A DNA stretch of 61,588 nucleotides, counting the filler, from Sphacelaria rigidula (Eukaryota), in assembly GCA_964200075.2 (NCBI GenBank). It is 5 parts of 5 records of this genome, joined end to end, with 100 filler letters (N's around TTAATTAATTAA, not from the genome) between each part and the next. Parts side by side here need not be neighbours in the genome. Positions count along the whole stretch, not along the records: positions 37,016 to 49,252 come from CAXNAA020003968.1; positions 49,353 to 61,588 come from CAXNAA020003969.1; 3 more parts are not named here. One strand, 5' to 3'. Shown piece after piece: positions 37,016 to 56,646 of the stretch. How positions within the stretch are numbered: position 1 is the stretch's first letter; every line of letters begins with the position of its first letter. The notes below the pieces were generated by a model that ran no database searches, was not told where the DNA came from, and was given only the letters and a program-made list of their open reading frames with translations. The position numbers and the translations under genes are program-made.

Positions 37016-38871
37016 GGTTAATACACCCTGTTGTGTTTTCCAACACTTTTTTGCCCCTGGGAAAGGGGCGAAATACGGCCATTTTTTGGCCGACTGATTT
37101 TTTTGCGGCCGTTCGGCCGCATGGTTCAACAGCGTGCTGCATATATATATATATATATATATTGTTCTACCTAAAAAAACGGCGAAGAAATAAAAAAAAC
37201 ATCGAAAATCAGATCGGACAACGTTAAGGGCTCGTATAAAATAGCCGACCATACTTTTGGGACAGAGGAAGTATGAAAAAAGGTCATATTTTGTCGAAAC
37301 CACACTAATAAAGCAATATGAAGGCCTCTTCAAGCCGCTCATAAGCTCCAGGAGTGTTCCAACGCACACAAACAGCTGTGCAGGTAAGTTGATCTCTCTT
37401 ACATCCCCTCTACAGGTGCGGCGCGGCCTCCAAGAAACTCTAAAACTTCGCCGCCTCAGTGGTGTTTTTTCATCGCACCAGGTCGACCTTTCTGACTCGC
37501 GGTCAACTCGTGCCAAAATCTCGTAAACAGGCAAAACTTTTGCTCCGATCTCAGGAACATACTTTCATGACGTGGGCCACCTTTATTTTCAAAAGTCTGA
37601 CTGCGTTTGGTAGTTCATTAACTTGTATTTGGGGTGCACCTCCCCCCCCCGCCCCGCCCTCTCCTAATTTGGGCTTACAGAAAGTCGGAATAAGGTGGCG
37701 TGTACACAAACACGCTTGCCACTGCACAAAATAGCAATCGAACGTGACGGTGTGCCGAACCTCATGAGCTGGGTTGTAACTGATAGCCCGAACAGTACCA
37801 CCTCTACCTCGATGCTGTCTATTTCACGCGGTAGTTTCATATCTCCTTGATTTACAAGACTCTTTCTCACTTGAATTCCGTATCGCTCTTTCACTCGTCC
37901 CACCGGTGGAGTGGCGTCCACCAATTGCTTCTTGAAATAGTACGTGAGCCCTAGGTGTGACAGCGTCGCTGATCACACTTTTTTTATCAAACCCATATTC
38001 GTTCGGATGAAGCCTGATCAGGTCTACAGTCTTCATCCAGTATTTTCCCGAACCGATGACGAATGTCACGTCAACGGGTCTATGAAGGCATAGCAGTGGT
38101 GTCGGAACCGACAGTATGATAACCCCTCGGTGGATATCCCCTCCTTGTATCACATCTCTAGCTCTGTTTGATTGTCAACCCATCAACTTGTGGAGAAGAC
38201 TCATCTATAAGTAAGTTCGTGAATTCTGCTTGCCAGGCAACCACCAGCTTTCTTGACAATAATGAAGTCGAGGTGAAACTCCGAACGTTTTTTACAGCAG
38301 ATGTTGATGACTTCTGGTATGAACATTCCCTGGAGCACGGGGAAACGATCGATACCCTCACACTCACCTAAAGCGTTGTCCATATAGAGATATGGCGCAC
38401 ATAATGGTCTATACTGAAATCAATATATTACGGGCAGAGGTACTGAAAGCACTAAATCTGGATTTCGCGTCTCAGTGTTGAGGATGAATGGAAAATTGGT
38501 GTCGCCAGGGTTTAGAGGGAGTTGTGGAAATCACATGCCCATCTGGAACCGCGATATGTGACAAGAAATTCAAGTAGGGAAACACCGATATTTGAAAGTT
38601 CCCGATGCCCCGTGGTAGATGTGTGCAAAATTTCAGGGTCAAGCTTCAAGAATCGGCGTCAGCATTTATTTGCGCCGTTGTGCGATGAAGCGAGCTTGAA
38701 AGGTGCAAATTCTCAACTACTTGGTTTCAGTATATAAACGACTTCTCGGCAATGTTCAGCGCCAAAGCGACCCAATCGTATCAGTTTTTCAAGTCAACAC
38801 GTAAAAGTTTGTAAAAATGTACCTTGGGCTGGAATAGCACGCCTACATTTTTTTCCAATTTTAAGGCATTA

Positions 38872-38910
38872 TTTACCGGCTTCCGGGGGTAACCCCCGGA
38901 AGCCGGTAAA
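38872..38910. repeat. Perfect 18-bp GC-rich stem with 3-nt loop
   Basis: tttaccggcttccggggg-taa-cccccggaagccggtaaa. Confidence 0.9.
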
Positions 38911-39174
38911 AAGCGGAGAATCTTCGAAATATCACGTTTGTGGGTATAATTCGATCCCATAGGTGTCTCTATTAGGAGTAAGAGCGGTGCTCCGTCTCCA
39001 AAGGGATGCGTGGTCAATGGTCAAACGACTAAGGCAAGCAACAGATGAGGACCCCCCCCCATAGTAACCGACTCTTCTTTCTCCGTTGGATTTCTCAGCT
39101 GATGATGACGGTTACTACAAATTGAAGCATGTGGAGATTGGATGGAAGTCGGATTAGAATTAAGCTTTAGCTTT

Positions 39175-39561
39175 GTATGCGCGCATAAGGTTTAGCTTAA
39201 TTTGGGTTTTGGACTTCAAATAAGTTTTTTTTTCAAAAGCTCAAGTCTAACCCTTGCAGCAGCTGTATAAAAGTGCCCCCTATGGCCTATGGCGTGACTA
39301 GTGACTCGTCACCCGTCACCAGACAGGCTTCAATACTCCAAAACTGCCTTGGTTGCGGGTCTGATCCGGAAACGTTTTGCTGAACATTTCATATACGTGA
39401 TACTATGTTGAATTGAAAAATATAATCAAGAGTTTGTACAATAGCTGCACATGGGACCACTACCCAGTACAGCGTTCAGGCTTCAGCTCCGTATGCGCGC
39501 ATAAGGTTTAGCTTATTTTGGGTTTGGGGCTTAAAATAAGCTTTTTATTCAAAAGCTGAAG
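39175..39561 (+). repeat. ~70-bp direct repeat pair
   Basis: gtatgcgcgcataaggtttagctta..tttggg...aaataag...ttcaaaagct(c/g)aag at 39175 and 39491. Confidence 0.8.
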
Positions 39562-41609
39562 GCGAGCCAAAACAATAAGCACCCCAAAAAATAACGCGCA
39601 TACGAAGCTGAAGCCTAGTTTGTATTTCATATTTTTCGTTTCAGAACAATTCGAAGAGAGCTGATTGGTCGAGGTGTTTTTTCGGCCTTGAATAAAAATC
39701 CATCGCCCTCTTCTGTTGTCCGTGGCGGTCAGTATGATACTGTGCATGCGACTTTTGAGTGGGTACCGCGAAAGGTTTAGCTGATGAGTGACTCTTCTGC
39801 CAAAAACGTGAACCAGCCTGTAAATGTATCAAGGAAAAAATTAGACAAGCATACCGTAGTAGGTACAAAGAGCCATGCGATTTTATTTTATTTTCCTTCA
39901 AGGTTGGTGATCTTTGGGTTAATGAGTTTTTGTATGCTTGTGTGTCGAGCAGCTCCATTTTTCTGTTGTACAGTATGACCTTTTGTCTTCCATCCTTGTT
40001 TCTCGAGGTAACCATTTCCTCTATTTTGCGTTTGCGTGGAGGTCCCTTTCTACTCATACAAAGCCGGAGTGTGCTCGCCGTTCCGCCGCCAGGTTTTCGC
40101 CAACCAGGCTAGTCAGTGTCCACACACACTTACAAATGTAATACTGTACAGTCTTACACAAAAAAAAACATGTCTTACGCCAAGATCCCCGCATGCAAAA
40201 ATCATACGTAGGCACCTCATGTATCTTTCGACGGTTCAACAGGGTCTAGTACTTTATTTTCAGTACAAATCAAGGGTTAATTTGCTTGTGGATTTCTCCG
40301 CCGTGTCTGTTTGAACCAGCCTGAAACTTGGCACAGAGGTAGACCACAACACAGACAGCTTAGTCCCGGGGCGGCGGCACGTTTTACGTGGTGCGCTAGT
40401 AAAACGAAGCAAAATACGGATTTTGGGCAATGCCATCGATACGCCCTCAAAACGCAGTCCCCTCGGCCCAGACTGCGTGAGACGTCAGTGGATGCATATA
40501 TATGTTGACACGCAGATACGCTCACTTCCTGCTGGGTGGCTCCTGCCCCGGCAAACGAACATATCGATCCGTATTGCGCACCTCTGGATGATGTCATTCT
40601 ACGCGGTACCACTTGGTATCGCCTGTAGAGGTGCTCACTTCAGGAGACACGGCCGTGCAAGCGCTGTTAGTGCTTTCACGTGCTGAAACTTCGACCACGT
40701 GTCATGTAGACTACAGGCAAAAACCTCATCTTGCTGAATCTGGGGTTGCGTGGTGTGTGCGTGCGTATTGGGGCGAAAAGATGTCGGATTATGTTCCGAA
40801 ATTGTTCTTTTTTCTTTTTTGGCGTGAGACTGTGTAGGGGTCCTCAAATCAAGAGACACGTGCGTGCATTCAGGTGCATTTGTCAAATATTCTGCTCAAA
40901 CTGAGTTTTTCCGACTGTGAGTAAAAACTCCAACATCAAAAATCTTAATAGCATGGCCTGGATTAACGCGGATGTGCCCCTTATAATACGAGCAGGGGCT
41001 GGGGATTACGGAATAAGTCGTAGGTATGATGTCGCTAGCAGTGGTTCTCCAACAGAGAACTGCTGGTGAGCTACTACGTGTTATTACAGAGGTTGAAGGG
41101 AGGTGGGTTGAGAAAATGTGAGTCCTACCCCCAAGGGGATATTGTAGGGATCTCACATTTTCCCATGTTCTCCTCCTCTTCAGCACAGTCAATGTGGTTT
41201 CCTTTTCCTCTCTTCGATCCATGAGTAGCCATTTGTAAAGTATGCTTGTTATCAGTGGTCTTGCGCGGCAGAGTACAAATAATTCAAGACAGCAAACTAC
41301 TGTTGAGGGGTGGTACTGAACGATGCGGATGCGGGAGGTTATGGCACGATGGTCATTGGTCAGTCAGTGCCTGTAAACATTAGTTCAGAACCGATGTTGT
41401 TTCGGAGGCGTTCTGGTTCTGGTTTCAAAAAAAAAGTTACCGAAAACACCGCCACAGGCAACCCGCCTGCAGCGCTGGCCAGCTATAATCTGCACCCGAG
41501 CTGTCGTACCCATCCAGCAGCCGTACACCTCTAGTTTCTCAAGGAGTTCCTGTCCGCCGATCCCAGCTGAATTCAAGCCTCATCCTAGAGGTCACTTACT
41601 TCATCTACC

Positions 41610-48504
<6,895 letters not shown>

Positions 48505-49252
48505 ACGAGTGATGGTGAATGGAGGAATGGTGGTTGTGGTTGGTCATCTGCTCCAGATTTGTGATGTATCTCGTCACTTCTCTTTTTTTCAGTGATCCCA
48601 TGGTTGTTGGTTCTCGTGTTCGTTTTTAGGCTGAGTTAGGGGGTGGTGTACAATTCTGTGTTTTCATCGCTTTGATTTCATGACTCTGCTGATCATCTTA
48701 TATAAATAATGTTTTTTTGGATAGCGGCATGTTTTGTTCGTAGTGTGTTTTCATGTTCATTCCGTGGGAAGCTGTGTCACTCCTTTTTGGCTAACCGTGT
48801 AGGTAGTGATTATAGAGGTGGCTCTTCTGCCCTCCTCTGGAGTATGGTCAAGGGGAGGGAGTTGCGTGTGACGAGGAGGACTAGAAACGGCCAAAAAAGA
48901 GTAAAGCGTCTTGTTTTCATATGTCACAACGTAAAATTCGAAGCATGTTTTGGAAAGTGAGCTCGAGTGATGATTTGAAAACTGCTGTATCTCTTTCTCG
49001 CGCTCACCGTGCTGATCATGGCGCATCGATGTGTAACCTGGCAGAATGGGTGAACACCATGCATCGAGCACAAAATGTCTTGCGTTTTTTTACTCGTTGG
49101 GATACGAATGCTTTGCCCAAGTAGCCCAAGCGAGATACTGCTGTCGAGACGCAGAGCCTTCCACAGGCACCGTGGGTAAGGTAGGTACCCGGTACCGGTA
49201 TTTGGGACATGTCATACCCTACCGATACCGACCCAATCCGGTACTTTGGAAT

Positions 49253-49352
49253 NNNNNNNNNNNNNNNNNNNNNNNNNNNNNNNNNNNNNNNNNNNNTTAA
49301 TTAATTAANNNNNNNNNNNNNNNNNNNNNNNNNNNNNNNNNNNNNNNNNNNN
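49253..49352. other. Artificial contig spacer
   Basis: N44-TTAATTAATTAA-N44. Confidence 0.98.
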
Positions 49353-49439
49353 TCGTGACGGTTTGAGAGACAACCAACTAGACTACTGACCAGTCAGCGC
49401 TGACTTGTCATTAGTCTAGTTGGTAATCTCTTGAACCGT

Positions 49440-50065
49440 CAAAAACTTGAGCTTAAACATTGAGATAAGGCTAAACAGCGATGTACATTTCTCCTCAAAA
49501 CTCCACTGAAAACACGAAAAAAATGAAAGAAAAATGAAGAAAAACTGAAGCGGTTACAAGCTGTTTCTATTTATTTCTATTATTATTATGCACTACTCGT
49601 AGCGGTTCACCACACGAAATTTTATGGAAGAACTCTCAAAAACTGAGACGCGATATCCAGATTCAGGGCATCTAGTGCCTCTACTCGTAATACATTGGTT
49701 TTAGTATACATAATTATGTGCGCCATATCTCGGGATAGATAACGAATTAGATGAAGGTGAAGGTATATGTCGTCTCCCCTTGCTCCAGAGAATGTCCACA
49801 CCGAAATTCGTTGCCACCCGCTAAATACATCGATCGGGGGTTCTATAGAGATTTCAGTACAGGCGCTATCTCCCTTGGGGATAGGAATTACTAGACATGG
49901 CGTTTAATCAACGAGAAAATATGGGGCTGAATTTTTAAGCAGATGGGCACCTTCCCCTTGATTAGGCGATTAATACGATATCCCGATCACGGCCCAACTC
50001 GTCTGTGTCGACGAGATATTGCTTTTCGAGCTTAAATCCGTTTGGAGGCTGGCCCAGCTCGTATG
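49440..50065 (-). repeat. Diverged partial copy of the ~1-kb TIR element at 56647-57656
   Basis: Inverse matches: catttctcctcaaaact, aaaactgagacgcgatatc, tatgtgcgccatatctcg, gagatattgc, atccgtt..aggctggcccagctcgt; a further fragment lies at 38385-38480. Confidence 0.7.
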
Positions 50066-50797
50066 GCCAACGGGACATGTGTCTAGAAATATCAATTACA
50101 GCAGTAATAAAACACATAATGTAACAGTCCCGGCACTATGGTTGATATTTTGAATGCCCCAAAGGCAGTCCCTCTCCCTCCTTCGCAGCTGATGCCAACA
50201 GCTGCACGAACTGGTACTTGGTCGCGTGCAGAGGTGCGATGGCTTATTTTCTGAGCTTTATCGATGACCTTGGCGGCGGCTGGATGTTCTTCCCCAAGCA
50301 CCAACTCAGAATAAGCACGAGTTGCACGGCACGGCACTAAACTGGAAAATAAATTCAAGAGGCACCATTGCTGACTTTGTTACTCCACCTGTCTCACTCA
50401 ACTGGGACATTGCCCTGTGGAACTCATGTAAGGATCACGATTAGGTCTGTAAGCGTGATCCGTGCAAAGCAGTTTCATGTGGCACATTGAACAAAAGTCT
50501 TCCTGTTGACGGAGCAACAGGACATTGCTCAACGTCCAGCGCCCTTAGCGCCCTCCCGCCTCTCTTGTGCGAAAGGTAACGGGTTTATCCTCTGTACTGA
50601 CCCCCACAAGGCCTGTATGGAAATGTGTGTATGAGAACATTCGTCGGTACCCATTTTTCCGTCTGAAAACACACAAGGGTACATCTGGCATCCTTTGTTG
50701 CGGCCCAGGGCATCCGCGGACTCAGTACGATAGAGCTTGATATCGTGTTGGAGTGAACGGAGGAAGGAGGTGACGACACAGGAGGAAACAGTAGCAG

Positions 50798-51175
50798 ATG
50801 GCGTCTGTTTTCCGAGTGTCCCTGGGGATCGTCTTGGGCGTATTATTCTCGAACTTTGTGCGACCAGCGCGGGGCGAATTGCGACCGGAGTCGGACCTGA
50901 CGTCAAACTGTTTCGATTTTCCCAGACAACCTTTTGATCCCAGCAACAGTATTGTAGGAGTGCATGGAAAGACGCCGCACTTACTGCTCGAGACGGGTCA
51001 AGACGCGATCGACTTCACCCTGCACGATGCAGATGGTCGTCTATGGAGCTTGAAAGCTGCCCTGCAGAGTGGAGGCATGCCGGTGGTGATGATCTGGGGA
51101 ATGTACACGTGCCCGTTGTATAACGGATTGATGCCCGGCAGAGAACATCGTGCGTACTGGGATGAGTTCGCGCTG
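50798..51175 (+). CDS. First exon of a secreted thioredoxin-fold protein, iodothyronine deiodinase-like (Cys form); remainder not found
   Basis: ATG, signal-peptide-like MASVFRVSLGIVLGVLFSNFVRPARG, then GQDAIDFTLHDADG..SL and PVVMIWGMYTCPLY (cf. deiodinase PLVLNFGSCTUPPF); phase-0 GTGAGT donor at 51176. Confidence 0.75.
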
Positions 51176-53697
51176 GTGAGTTGATTGTCGTGCATGTCCT
51201 CAGATGCAGCGAAGGATGTTCTCAGCTAGTCACTGAGGAATTTTGAGAAGTGAATGATGCGCAGTGTTGCACGTGCAGTCGGTACAGTACGGATAGTTCT
51301 CAAGCTAGTGTGATCGAGTGTCCTTGTAAAGTAGCTGGAGACTCGGCCTTTTTTCTCGCTGTGGCTGAATTTTTGAGCAAAACGATGCACCGTGAAATGA
51401 AGAATGTGCAACGATGGCCGAGCGTTCGAACTCGGCGCATGCCCAAAATTGAGGACTTGGTTCACAATCAAGCGGAAGACTAAAACATGAGACATGTCCG
51501 ATCCCACTGTACCCCAACAAAACACACCCACGCCCTCTTTCATGTGTTGGGGCTATCACTGTTGTGTACTGTGATGTGTTTACGCATTGCGAAGACGGTT
51601 TAGATTGCTGCGATATTGTCGTTGCGTTCGTCTCTCTTCACAGTGCAGTGTTGCGCCAAAGGAAAAAAAAAAATGGAGTAGAAGCTGACCGCTTTTCCTG
51701 CTGCAGCGCACAACACCAGATATAGCGACGTGGAACTGTTGGCCGTGGTTCGCATGAGGTATGATGGATGTTTCAGTGCCTTGAAAGGCTATAGCGTGCG
51801 TAGGGCCGTGCGTGATGAGCTGCACACCTCTACAGACTGTACGTCGATCGGTACACTACTGATGGTCATGATCCATGAAGGGTAGCAGTGCCGACGGGTG
51901 CAGTGTTAAGCCCAGTTTAGTGTCACGTTCTTCACCACCACCCCCCAAAACGCGGCTTGGTGAGGTGAAAAAAGTCGACAGGGCAAAAAAAATGACAGCT
52001 ATGCTGATGCACAGCTGTAGTACTTATCCTACACGTCCCCTCTGTCGAAGTCCGTCTCAATTCCATCCAGTACAGCACACGAACGATCGACGGATGACCC
52101 CAAAAAAGCCACGGCAATCTGTACAACCCCAAAAGCCATTTTCCAATATGGTCTACCTACACGCGACCCCAGATAGCTCGCGCTGCACGAACGGCAGCCA
52201 GCTGAAAGTCAAGGGGCAGATTGTAATTGCTAATAGTTATCGTTTAAGATCAAAGTTGCACCAATTAGCTCTCGGGATCGTGCGTAAATTGCAAAAATGA
52301 TTAACCTTACTATACGTCATCACTTGTAGTTACGACAAGGAAGAGTATGCGCAGCCATGACGTCGAGGGTTGATAGAGATGCGTCTTAGCTAAACAGGGC
52401 AATTTGATTTTGTATCTGCAGCCGCTGTGTGTATCGAGATATTGCCATCTCGGCGGGGGGTGTTGGGACACATGAGATGCAGTGGAAAAGCGTAGCAGAT
52501 ACTCCAGAGTACAAAGAAGGGCGTATCCAAAATATGCCGGCGGCAATTGAGCCGCGTTTAGGTGTGTTCGTTGTCTAAACATATCCTCCCACACTCTTTC
52601 ATCGAAACAACAGCGTTGCCCGGCAGCAGAGAAGATAGTTTATACGTGTGCATGCCGTTATGCTGCGATGGTGGGCTGCCCAAAACATACCTTGCAAACA
52701 CACGCATACTGTCGTTAGCGAGGCCGTGACCCCTCCGCGTCCAAGGTCAGCTCTCATGGCAAACAAAAAACGCCAAAAAAATACTGTACGAGCTGGACCA
52801 GCTGGCAGGGATTTACGAATGTATCCGGGCCGGGCGGTTGGTAATCCGAAGCGTCGGACTCTGAAATTTTGACACAATATTTGTATCATCACTACGCACA
52901 ACCTTCCCGGGGATGCCGAGAAAAAAAACATACATTTGACCCTTTTGGGACCGGACCCCCACTAAAACAGGGGTGACCCTGTGTTAGTGAAATAATGATG
53001 AATAAGTCTTCGAGCGACCTGCCCAATCACGGCGAGGCGAAAATTATCGACCAGACCCGAACGACCAGCGCAGGGATTGTTGTCGAGTGTGGTGCCACCA
53101 CTGCAAAGATCGTGCGGGGGCCCAGGTTTCCAAGTGCAGGATGGTCGCGGCTTGGTTTTATGGTATTACTTGCACTCAGTATAACCCTTCCCGAGTTTTT
53201 CCGGAGTGTTTTTTGTGTCCCAATTCTATACTCAAACGTGGTAAATTACACTAACACAGGGTGGGCAGGAAAAAACCGGGAAGGAGTGTATATGCCACCA
53301 TGTGGTCATTTTCACGAGGCACAAAATCCAGGTGGGCTGTGGGAAGACAAAATAGGCTACCGTCATGAATCCTGCGTATCCCTCTGCGGATGACTTGCAA
53401 TGTGCAGTCCACATGTATGTTGTGGACGGGGATGACAAAGCTGTATATAGGCAGCTGATTTCGGTAGCTCAGAATTGCCCAGAACGTGCAAGGGAGTATG
53501 CAGCGGCAGCTGCTGCTTCAGTCGGAGAGGCATACTAGACAGTACTGTACAATGGTGTTGTATGCATGCGCGCTGCAACGCTAATACCGTTGGAAGAGAA
53601 TTTGCCGCATGCAACAAGATGGGAAATGGCGGCCCACCCCGACCACAAAGGGCTGTGTGGCAAGGTGGTGGGGACAAAAGTATCATCCAAAGCCACA

Positions 53698-53707
53698 NNN
53701 NNNNNNG
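53698..53707. other. Internal 10-N assembly gap
   Basis: Ten Ns without linker. Confidence 0.95.
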
Positions 53708-56646
53708 TCGTCGCATCCTGTTGGAAGCTCTTCACCACCACCCATACTGCTTGCTACATTAGATGTACACCACCTAATGCGCACCCTGCACCTGAAAATA
53801 GAATGAAACTTTTGGTCTTTGTCATAACCCTGCGGTTACATACGCAGATTTTTAGCAACACGCCACTGTTTTGTGCAGACGCCAGACACGTCATTCCTGA
53901 CCAGCCTCATTGGTCGTTCTGGAGACCCGGTCCCAACAGGGTTGAAGCGATTTGAAGTTTCTCCAAAAACTAGAAGAATTTCAAAACTCCGTGAAAATAA
54001 ATAGATACGTGGGCATCGCTACTGTAGTTGTGCGTTCTTCAGGGGAGGACATCCTGGTGCAGTTGCGGCCGAAACTTCCAGAGAGTTGGCGCAGCATCCA
54101 ACTTTTCTTGCGGCACGGCTGCGCTCCTTTAATCCAAGTGATGTACTTGATTCTAATTATGGAGGTCACGAGTTCAAATCCCGACGGATTCCTTTTTTTT
54201 GTTCCGCCGGTTACGTGATACATTATGCAGTACATTTTTTCCAATTTGTTTTTCTTCTAGCGGCGGTCCCGTGCGTTACCACGTTGGTCTGCAGTTCACA
54301 CCGATATACTCAAGTCGGGCTGACTTGGAAAACTCGATAACTTATAGTGTGACATGCAAATGCGAGATTTACTGCTGGCCCTGCCCGTAGCACTATTTTT
54401 CGTTCATCTGTGTTTTTTGCGTCCGAAAGGGAGCTAGGGGGGTATTGACAGTTTCCAATGGCTTCCTGTACTGTGGGAAATAATATTCGAGGGCACCATA
54501 ATTTTGTGTGGTAACGGAAGTTTTTTTTTTTTTTCACACATGCACTCATTTGCCAGAGTGTTCAAATCCGATGGAACAATCCGTGTCACGTTCGCATTTT
54601 CCGGTGGTCGCAGATTTGTTTCGGCTGGGCTAGCATTTTTGTCCAACAACAGTCGACACGAGTTGATAATTGTCATGGATTTCCAAACCTGATCACCACT
54701 TTCTTCTGAACTCGATTGATGTTCATAGTTCTTGGACGAACATATAACCTCGGCAGAACAAACAAGATACAAGCACCTCAAAACGTGCATGTGAGGTGAC
54801 CGATTTTGCGACGATGAACGCAAGGCAAACCGAGGAGGCAACATCCGCCCAGCCATGACTTACGCCCAAAACGAAAAAAAAAAAAAAAAGACAGTCATTC
54901 AACATGTGTTCGCCATCATAAGCAGTTTAAATGAAACGTTGCGAAAATCGACCCCACGTGTGATGCACAAGACCGGTGGTGACACGACCCTCCGGTTCGG
55001 TGCAGCTGGTCCAGTATCAAGGATATCCGCGAGAGTGTGGCGAAAAACACCACCCGATGTTTTTTGTCCGACCGTTCAACACAATGGTGATACGGATGAT
55101 TCCCGGCGGTTCTTTCCTTGCACGAACGCCACAGCGTTGAGGCGCGAGCGTTGGTAGTGCTGCACGGTAAGTCGAAATGTTGACTGGCATACGATGGTGT
55201 CGGTCGGATTACTGGTCTTGCGTTGAAACACTCACTTGATTGACATTACCATGTAGCCTCATGCACCACAGGCGATTCGCTGACGGTGTAGCCAGATCAC
55301 CCCCGATAGACTTTTGCACCCCACGATGCACCGCACGTGCACGAACCATCATCGCCATGAACATGAGTCACGGCTCATGACTACAGCGTGAAAAAAACAG
55401 GCTTGATTTTTACGGAATTGTTTGCGCAATCTATCTACAGAAGGAACGGCCCCAATATTCTCCACAGACCGATATCAGAACGCGAAATCTCCCTCATTGT
55501 CGTCACCCGCTGCCGATGCCGAGTCCTCTCTCCCGGACCCGCTGCATTCTGACTCCGAATCTCCGGTCCAGATCCCGCCTGCAGAGTTGTTCGACTTGTG
55601 TCGGACGGGTTTATCTAATCCGCCGTCGCAAAAGTAGCTACCGATGGGCTCTCGTCCCGGATGCGCGCCCCCCTACCCCTCCCTCCAGCCGCCGTGCCAG
55701 TAACGCCCCTCACCATCACTCATACCAAGAGGTGCCCCCGGTGCGTTGCTCGCTCCACTTGCCGCGCCCCTTCCCCGTGATACAGCAGACTCGCCTCTTG
55801 TATGCTTCGCTGTTGACCGTCCTTTCCCGTTGCGCGATCGCCCACGTGCGCGGCCATCTACGCCGACGGTTTCACTGATCGGATCTGGTCCCGCGTGCGC
55901 TCCCCTCATCTCCCTCCCGGCGCCGCGCCAGCGAGGCTCCTCACCATCAGTCGTATCAACAGGTGTTCAGGGTGCGCTGCTCGCTCGAGATGCCGCTCCC
56001 ATTCCACGTGATTAAGTCGACCCGCCCCTTGCATGCTTCGATGTTGATCGGCTTCTCCCGTTTAGCGATCGGCGGCGTGCACCGCTCTGTCCGTCGCCGG
56101 TTCCCTCACCGGGATTCGCGGCGGCCGTTCGCGGAGGGGGCGGGGGCATGAAGCAGCGAGCTTGGGAACCGCAGCTCAGAGTGCAGTTCCCCTAAGATCT
56201 GCGACATACATTTAAAGGGGTTGGGCTCCTCTCCTACTGCGTCTTCGTCGCCGACGTGGCCGCCAGCAATTGCCCTCATATTTGACATCGACACTGCAGG
56301 TTCTACGCCTGTCGGCCGAGAACTTCTCTCAACCACATTTGTGGCATGTGCCAGGTGGGACGGCAGCCGAAGATACGCAGATGTTTCACTACCTGCCCGC
56401 ATGATATGCCACAACACGTATGTGTGCAAGAACTGAGGCATGTGCAATATTTGACGTTTTGTGAGTCAGGGTCGGGGGTTCCTGTGCATGTATATATTTA
56501 TAATATATATACAAGGGGTTCGGCGGCTTCCGCCGCCACGCTCAATGAGATCCATAGCCAAGGTACATGGGAACCGGCCATCGTTGCTCGCATTGCGTAA
56601 CGGCACAGGTCATAGTTGTAAGTGGAGTATTTTCCGTTGTGTGCGT

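Noticed and set aside
38872-38910. Helitron 3' hairpin or rho-independent terminator
   Set aside because: No CTRR terminus at the expected distance on either strand; the context is eukaryotic nuclear DNA
40594-40596. Selenocysteine TGA in the candidate minus-strand transcript
   Set aside because: No redox motif context, no SECIS identified, and the gene model itself is unsupported
41240-41609. E2F sites in the PCNA promoter
   Set aside because: Only partial matches (ttgcgcgg, gcgggag); no full TTTSSCGS consensus
53250-53365. Exon 2 of the deiodinase-like gene (also the candidate at 53879)
   Set aside because: Plausible acceptors, but the translations show no thioredoxin-fold or E-x-H-P similarity
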